Source: an uncultured Rikenellaceae bacterium
GTDB taxonomy: Bacteria; Bacteroidota; Bacteroidia; Bacteroidales; VadinHA17
Assembly: GCA_964595725.1 (NCBI GenBank)
Contig: CAZQRQ010000012.1
Location: forward strand, 994-64,993
Direction of reading: 5' to 3'
Length of the DNA stretch: 64,000 nucleotides
Shown in pieces: positions 59,477 through 64,000 of the stretch. The notes beneath the pieces are model-generated. The model saw only the letters and a list, made by a program, of their open reading frames with translations. It did not search any database and was not told where the DNA came from. How positions within the stretch are numbered: the stretch's first letter is position 1; each line of letters begins with the position of its first letter. The translations under genes were made by a program, and so were the position numbers.

Positions 59477-60907
59477 ATGAATAAGACTCATCATGATGTT
59501 TGGAACAATTGTCTTAAAATAATAAAGGATATCATTCCATCAGTAAGTTTCAAAACATGGTTTGAGCCGATTGTACCCCTCAGGCTTGAAAACAATATTC
59601 TTACTATCCAGGTCCCAAGTCCATTTTTCTATGAGTATTTGGAGGAGCAGTATATAGACATTTTGAGGAAGACTTTGAGAAGAGAGATTGGAGCAGATGC
59701 CAAGCTTGAGTACAATGTTGTGATGGAGAATACAAATTATGTGAATGGTAAACCATATACAGTCAGATACCCTTCCAGGAATAAGACTGACCTGAATAAT
59801 AAGCCAGTTCAGGTTCCATTTGAACTTACCCAGCCAACAATAAAAAATCCCTTTGTAATACCTGGCATTAAGAAAATCCATTTCGACCCGAAGCTAAACC
59901 CGGACTATAACTTTACCAATTTCATCGAAGGTGAGTGTAACAGGCTTGCCAGGTCAGCGGGAATAGCAGTAGGGAATAATCCTGGAGGAACGGCTTTTAA
60001 CCCGTTGATGATATACGGTGACTCCGGTCTTGGCAAAACACACCTGGCCCAGGCTATAGGGATCCTGGTAAAGGAACAGCACCCGGATAAGATTGTGCTC
60101 TATGTAAATGCCAATAAGTTCCAGACCCAATTCACCGAATCGATCAGGAACAATAACAAGAATGATTTCCTTCATTTTTACCAGATGATTGATGTCCTGA
60201 TACTTGATGATGTGCATGAATTCGCAGGTAAGGAAAAGACACAGGATACATTCTTCCACATTTTCAACCATCTGCACCAGTCAGGCAAACAGCTGATACT
60301 TACGTGCGACCGACCACCCGTGGAACTGCAGGGTATGGAACAGAGGCTGCTTTCAAGATTTAAATGGGGTTTGCTTGCTGACCTTCAGAGACCAGATTAT
60401 GAAACCAGGCTTGCAATACTAAAGAATAAAGCCTACAATGATGGAATAGAGCTTCCCGAAGAGATATTTGAATTCCTTGCCGAAAATATTTCAAACAATA
60501 TCAGGGAACTTGAGGCTGTACTGATATCCCTGTACGCGCAATCAACTCTCAACAAGAAGGAAATTACCACTGAGCTTGCAAGAATGATGGTCGAAAAGCT
60601 AATCAGTACATCAAGAAAGGAAATTACCATTGACTATATTCAGAAGACAGTATGCGATTATTATAAAATTCCCATTGATCAGATCCAGGGAAAAACCAGG
60701 AAAAGAGAGATAGTCCAGGCAAGACAGGTTTCAATGTACTTCTCCAAAAATCTTACCAAGGCGTCTCTCGCCAGTATTGGTTCTCATATCGGAGGGAAAG
60801 ACCATGCCACCGTCCTGCATGCCTGCAAAACCGTTAATAACCTTATTGATACTGACAAACACTTCAGAAACCAGATACTTGAAATTGAAAAGAAACTGAA
60901 AGTATGA
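59477..60907 (+). CDS. dnaA: Chromosomal replication initiator protein DnaA
   Basis: GDSGLGKTHLAQAIG (Walker A), LILDDVHEF (Walker B), and a C-terminal DNA-binding block VQARQVSMYFSKNLT...IG..IGGKDHATVLHA. Confidence 0.96.
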   Translation: MNKTHHDVWNNCLKIIKDIIPSVSFKTWFEPIVPLRLENNILTIQVPSPFFYEYLEEQYIDILRKTLRREIGADAKLEYNVVMENTNYVNGKPYTVRYPSRNKTDLNNKPVQVPFELTQPTIKNPFVIPGIKKIHFDPKLNPDYNFTNFIEGECNRLARSAGIAVGNNPGGTAFNPLMIYGDSGLGKTHLAQAIGILVKEQHPDKIVLYVNANKFQTQFTESIRNNNKNDFLHFYQMIDVLILDDVHEFAGKEKTQDTFFHIFNHLHQSGKQLILTCDRPPVELQGMEQRLLSRFKWGLLADLQRPDYETRLAILKNKAYNDGIELPEEIFEFLAENISNNIRELEAVLISLYAQSTLNKKEITTELARMMVEKLISTSRKEITIDYIQKTVCDYYKIPIDQIQGKTRKREIVQARQVSMYFSKNLTKASLASIGSHIGGKDHATVLHACKTVNNLIDTDKHFRNQILEIEKKLKV

Positions 60908-62073
60908 ATATGAAAGCAGAGGAATTTATTAATACTTTTTTTGAAAAATACGGGAACAGGGATGAAGAACCTGTTCTTTTTTTTTCACCTGGAAGAGTCA
61001 ATCTTATTGGTGAACACACCGATTATAATGGCGGATATGTTTTCCCGTGTGCACTTAATTATGGAACATACCTGGCTTTCAGGAAGACAAAAAACAATGC
61101 TGTAAAATTCTCTACCCTGAACTTCTCAAGTGACGCCTCGGTAAGACTTGGAGGGCTCTTTAGCAACACTTTCAAGACATGGATAAACTACCCCCTCGGT
61201 ATTATGAATGAATTCATGAAACAAGGAACAGAACTTACAGGCATGGAACTTTTATACTGGGGTGATGTACCTAATAGTGCCGGACTCTCTTCATCTGCCT
61301 CAATTGAGATGGTAACAGCTGTTGCGCTTAATGAATCATTTAATGCCGGTCTGCAAATGATCGACCTTGTAAAGATGTCTCAAAAGGCTGAAAATGTATT
61401 TGTCGGCATGAACTGTGGCATTATGGACCAGTTTGCTGTCGGATTCGGCAAGACAAATCATGCAATATTTTTAAATTGTGACACTCTGGAATATGAAAAT
61501 GTACCGCTTAAGCTTGAAGCCTGTTCACTGATAATAACAAATACAAATAAACGAAGGGGTCTTACCGATTCCAAGTATAATGAAAGAAGGTCAGAATGCG
61601 AGCAAGCAGTGAAATATCTTCAGAAATACAGGAAGATAAGAAACCTTGGCGAGATGAATACCGGTGAACTCGAAGTTCTTAAAGACTTTATACCTGAAGA
61701 GGTAGTAAGAAGAAGAGTCCGTCACGTAATCAGTGAAAACGGCCGCGTTATTGAAGCTGTAAACGTATTGAAAAGCAATAATATAGAACTGTTCGGGGAA
61801 CTAATGAATCAGTCGCACGATTCGCTGAAAAACGATTATGAGGTAACAGGGAGTGAACTTGATACGCTTGTATACGAAGGAAGAAAACTACCAGGTGTCA
61901 TAGGAACCAGAATGACAGGAGCCGGTTTTGGGGGTTGTACAGTCAGTTTTGTTAAAGATGAGTTCATAGAAAGATTTATAGCTGACCTCTCAGGGGTATA
62001 CACTGAAAAGACAGGCCTGGTGCCTGATTTTTATCAGCCTGAGGTAAGCCATGGCGCCAGAAGAATCAAATGA
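60904..62073 (+). CDS. galK: Galactokinase
   Basis: PGRVNLIGEHTDYNGGYVFP (GalK signature), GLSSSAS (GHMP motif) and GAGFGGCT. ATG 60904 overlaps the dnaA stop (ATGA). ATG 60910 is an alternative start. Confidence 0.93.
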   Translation: MNMKAEEFINTFFEKYGNRDEEPVLFFSPGRVNLIGEHTDYNGGYVFPCALNYGTYLAFRKTKNNAVKFSTLNFSSDASVRLGGLFSNTFKTWINYPLGIMNEFMKQGTELTGMELLYWGDVPNSAGLSSSASIEMVTAVALNESFNAGLQMIDLVKMSQKAENVFVGMNCGIMDQFAVGFGKTNHAIFLNCDTLEYENVPLKLEACSLIITNTNKRRGLTDSKYNERRSECEQAVKYLQKYRKIRNLGEMNTGELEVLKDFIPEEVVRRRVRHVISENGRVIEAVNVLKSNNIELFGELMNQSHDSLKNDYEVTGSELDTLVYEGRKLPGVIGTRMTGAGFGGCTVSFVKDEFIERFIADLSGVYTEKTGLVPDFYQPEVSHGARRIK

Positions 62074-62082
62074 AGAGAACTT

Positions 62083-64000
62083 TCACCTTCTCTGGTTGAA
62101 GGATGCCGGATCAACATCTTTCACACATCTGAATCCAACAGTGGCACTCCTGTCGAATCCAGGCGATACCATAAGCATGATCTGATTCCTGTCAAGCGAC
62201 TGCGGACCACCCTGGATATACCATGAGCTGCTCTCCGGCATATAATAGCTGCCTCCACGAATAACTGTCAGGTAATTAATTCCGTTGAAATACTTGTCGC
62301 CGGTCATCTGCCATACATTGCCAACCATATCAATTACTCCATACGGACTTGCTCCCTTACTAAAAGCATCAACAGGAGTAGGCCTGTCGAAAGCATTATT
62401 GCACCAAGTGCCACGGAATTCATTTCCCCATGGCCATTTTCGCCCGTCAGTGCCCTGTGCTGCCATCTGCCATTCAGCCTCCGTTGGCAGTCTTTTGCCA
62501 GCCCACTTTGCATAAGCCTCCATATCTTCATAACAGACATATACTACCGGGTATTTTTCCTGGCCCTGCCTGAACATACCATTCTCCCAGTGCTTCAGGA
62601 AATTCGTTGTGTCTTCCGGAACATACCCTGAAGTAATAAGAAAGTCGTAGAACTGGGAATTGGTGACGGGATACCGGTCAATGAGGTAACTATCGACATT
62701 TACTTTTACTGTCTCATCTTTTGCGGGATAAGGGATAAAATCTTCCCTGGTTGTAAGGGTGTATTCAATTTCAGCTCCCGGGACAAAAACCATGTCAGGT
62801 GGTATGGAGTGAGCTTCCTGAGTTCTGTTAACCTTGCTTATCTTCCAGGGCCTCCCTCCTTTTATTGTTTCAATTCGCTCATCTCCGAGAATGTCACCTT
62901 CAAGGTACTGTATCACTATTTTCCCCTCGTAATATCCGAAGTTGTTCATTACAGATACTACTGTATCCTCACGGTTATTCAGTTCAAAGTGATCTGCCTG
63001 AAATGACGGGTTTCCTTTCCAGACTATTATCCTGCCATTTCCACGCTTTCTTATGTATACTGAGTCTCCTGATACATGAGTATCAATCAATTCAGGCAAC
63101 CTGGCAATGCAGTTAATCGAACCTTCGAGTCTTGTACCGGTTAAAGAATCTGTCCATCCCTCAGCTTCAACAGGGATATAGAGATTCCTTCCCTCCCTTA
63201 CCGGAGTGACATTTTCATGGGTCCATATCGAAACATAATGAATACCCTCACCGGGTTTATCCCTGAAGAGTTTTCCTCTGAGTCCATCCTGGTTCATATT
63301 CAAAATCGTGAAAATCGTTTTATTTCCTGATCTCCATTTATTTACATAAGCACCATCGGTCTCGGTTTCAATAAGCGGTGTCCAGTCATAATCAAGAAAT
63401 GCATCATTGTTCTGGCGAAGAATGAAAGTAGTCCGGGCCAGGTAATTCAAATCGCTGTTATATCCTTCATAATCTCTTCCTCCTGGCCTGAATAGGTTAA
63501 GCTCGCTGCCATAACCATTAAAAAATGCAATAGCGATTTCACGATGGTTCCTGTCTTCTCCTATATCACAAACCCTGAATATAGAAAAATCAGGTTTGAT
63601 GAGCTTATTAAGATTAAGCTCAGGACTGTAATATATTGCATTATGGACCCTTCCTGCTATAATCCCGGGCATATCTCTTGTTACAGCCATTCCCTCCGAA
63701 AACATTATAACTCCTTCGCGTGCGCTGTCAGCTGCAGCCTGTAATTCATAGCTTGAACTGCCTCTTGTGTCCAGGACCACTCCATCAGCTTCAGTTTCTG
63801 CAACAAGTTGTGACATTCCCCTAAGATGGTCTTCTTTCCTTGTGCTATTATCCCATGGATTGTAAGCTATGAAAAATCGCGTACCATACTGTCGTGAGAG
63901 CCTGGCAAAATTTCTTAGTTGTTCCGTACCTCCTGGAAGATCGCGGTACATGTCCCACTGATTCCGTTCATCAAGTCCGAGACGTGGCCATGTTGGCCAG
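62083..64000 (-). CDS. Formylglycine-generating-enzyme (SUMF1/FGE) domain protein fused to a large N-terminal domain of unclear function. The N-terminus extends beyond the window end.
   Basis: The C-terminal roughly 230 aa carry FGE-type blocks: YPVVYVCYEDMEAYAKWAGKRLPTEAEWQMAA, GNVWQMT, RGGSY and GFRCV. The frame stays open upstream of Met 63951 to the window edge (WPTWPRLGLDERNQWD-M...). Confidence 0.78.
   Translation of the reverse strand, partial: WPTWPRLGLDERNQWDMYRDLPGGTEQLRNFARLSRQYGTRFFIAYNPWDNSTRKEDHLRGMSQLVAETEADGVVLDTRGSSSYELQAAADSAREGVIMFSEGMAVTRDMPGIIAGRVHNAIYYSPELNLNKLIKPDFSIFRVCDIGEDRNHREIAIAFFNGYGSELNLFRPGGRDYEGYNSDLNYLARTTFILRQNNDAFLDYDWTPLIETETDGAYVNKWRSGNKTIFTILNMNQDGLRGKLFRDKPGEGIHYVSIWTHENVTPVREGRNLYIPVEAEGWTDSLTGTRLEGSINCIARLPELIDTHVSGDSVYIRKRGNGRIIVWKGNPSFQADHFELNNREDTVVSVMNNFGYYEGKIVIQYLEGDILGDERIETIKGGRPWKISKVNRTQEAHSIPPDMVFVPGAEIEYTLTTREDFIPYPAKDETVKVNVDSYLIDRYPVTNSQFYDFLITSGYVPEDTTNFLKHWENGMFRQGQEKYPVVYVCYEDMEAYAKWAGKRLPTEAEWQMAAQGTDGRKWPWGNEFRGTWCNNAFDRPTPVDAFSKGASPYGVIDMVGNVWQMTGDKYFNGINYLTVIRGGSYYMPESSSWYIQGGPQSLDRNQIMLMVSPGFDRSATVGFRCVKDVDPASFNQRR

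Overview
This window is a dense, co-linear stretch of core chromosome that looks like Bacteroidota. Three things point that way: a Por/T9SS C-terminal sorting domain, an 11-gene nuoABCDHIJKLMN operon without nuoEFG, and TAnnTTTG-type -7 promoter boxes. I support 56 coding segments, or 55 genes if the two LptD-like pieces are one gene. In order they are:
- a partial aldehyde dehydrogenase, then queA
- a PstS-like / TPR / exbB-exbD-exbD-tonB cluster
- the nuo operon plus a small trailing ORF
- a sodium:solute symporter / small membrane protein / threonine aldolase operon
- truA, aroE, a phosphosulfolactate synthase, a TPR protein and a PD40 lipoprotein
- folD, ffh, argS
- a DUF1987/SiaC-like protein followed by an AmmeMemoRadiSam locus
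- ligA, a hypothetical, dapA, secA
- a T9SS metalloprotease-like protein, ferritin and a two-component pair
- dnaX, rpsF-rpsR-rplI, ridA
- an LptD-like gene split by one in-frame TAG, an amidase with a SPOR domain, mlaD
- dnaA, galK and a partial FGE-domain fusion protein

I saw no rRNA, tRNA, CRISPR array, transposase, integrase, prophage or recognisable defence island. This is mostly ordinary housekeeping DNA.

Four things deserve a second look:
1. The AmmeMemoRadiSam locus (function unknown) is rebuilt here. Memo and AMMECR1 are fused. An 808-aa polytopic membrane protein with a degenerate spermidine-synthase-like core sits between the fusion and the radical SAM gene. Both soluble partners carry signal-like N-termini.
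2. dnaX carries an A10 slippery run at the domain III boundary. Both shifted frames stop quickly and a perfect 9-bp hairpin lies downstream, suggesting a tau/gamma recoding site.
3. A single in-frame TAG interrupts the otherwise intact LptD-like gene.
4. An intrinsic-terminator-like hairpin sits orphaned in a divergent intergenic region and may mark a small RNA.

All calls come from reading the translations and the sequence. No database search was run.
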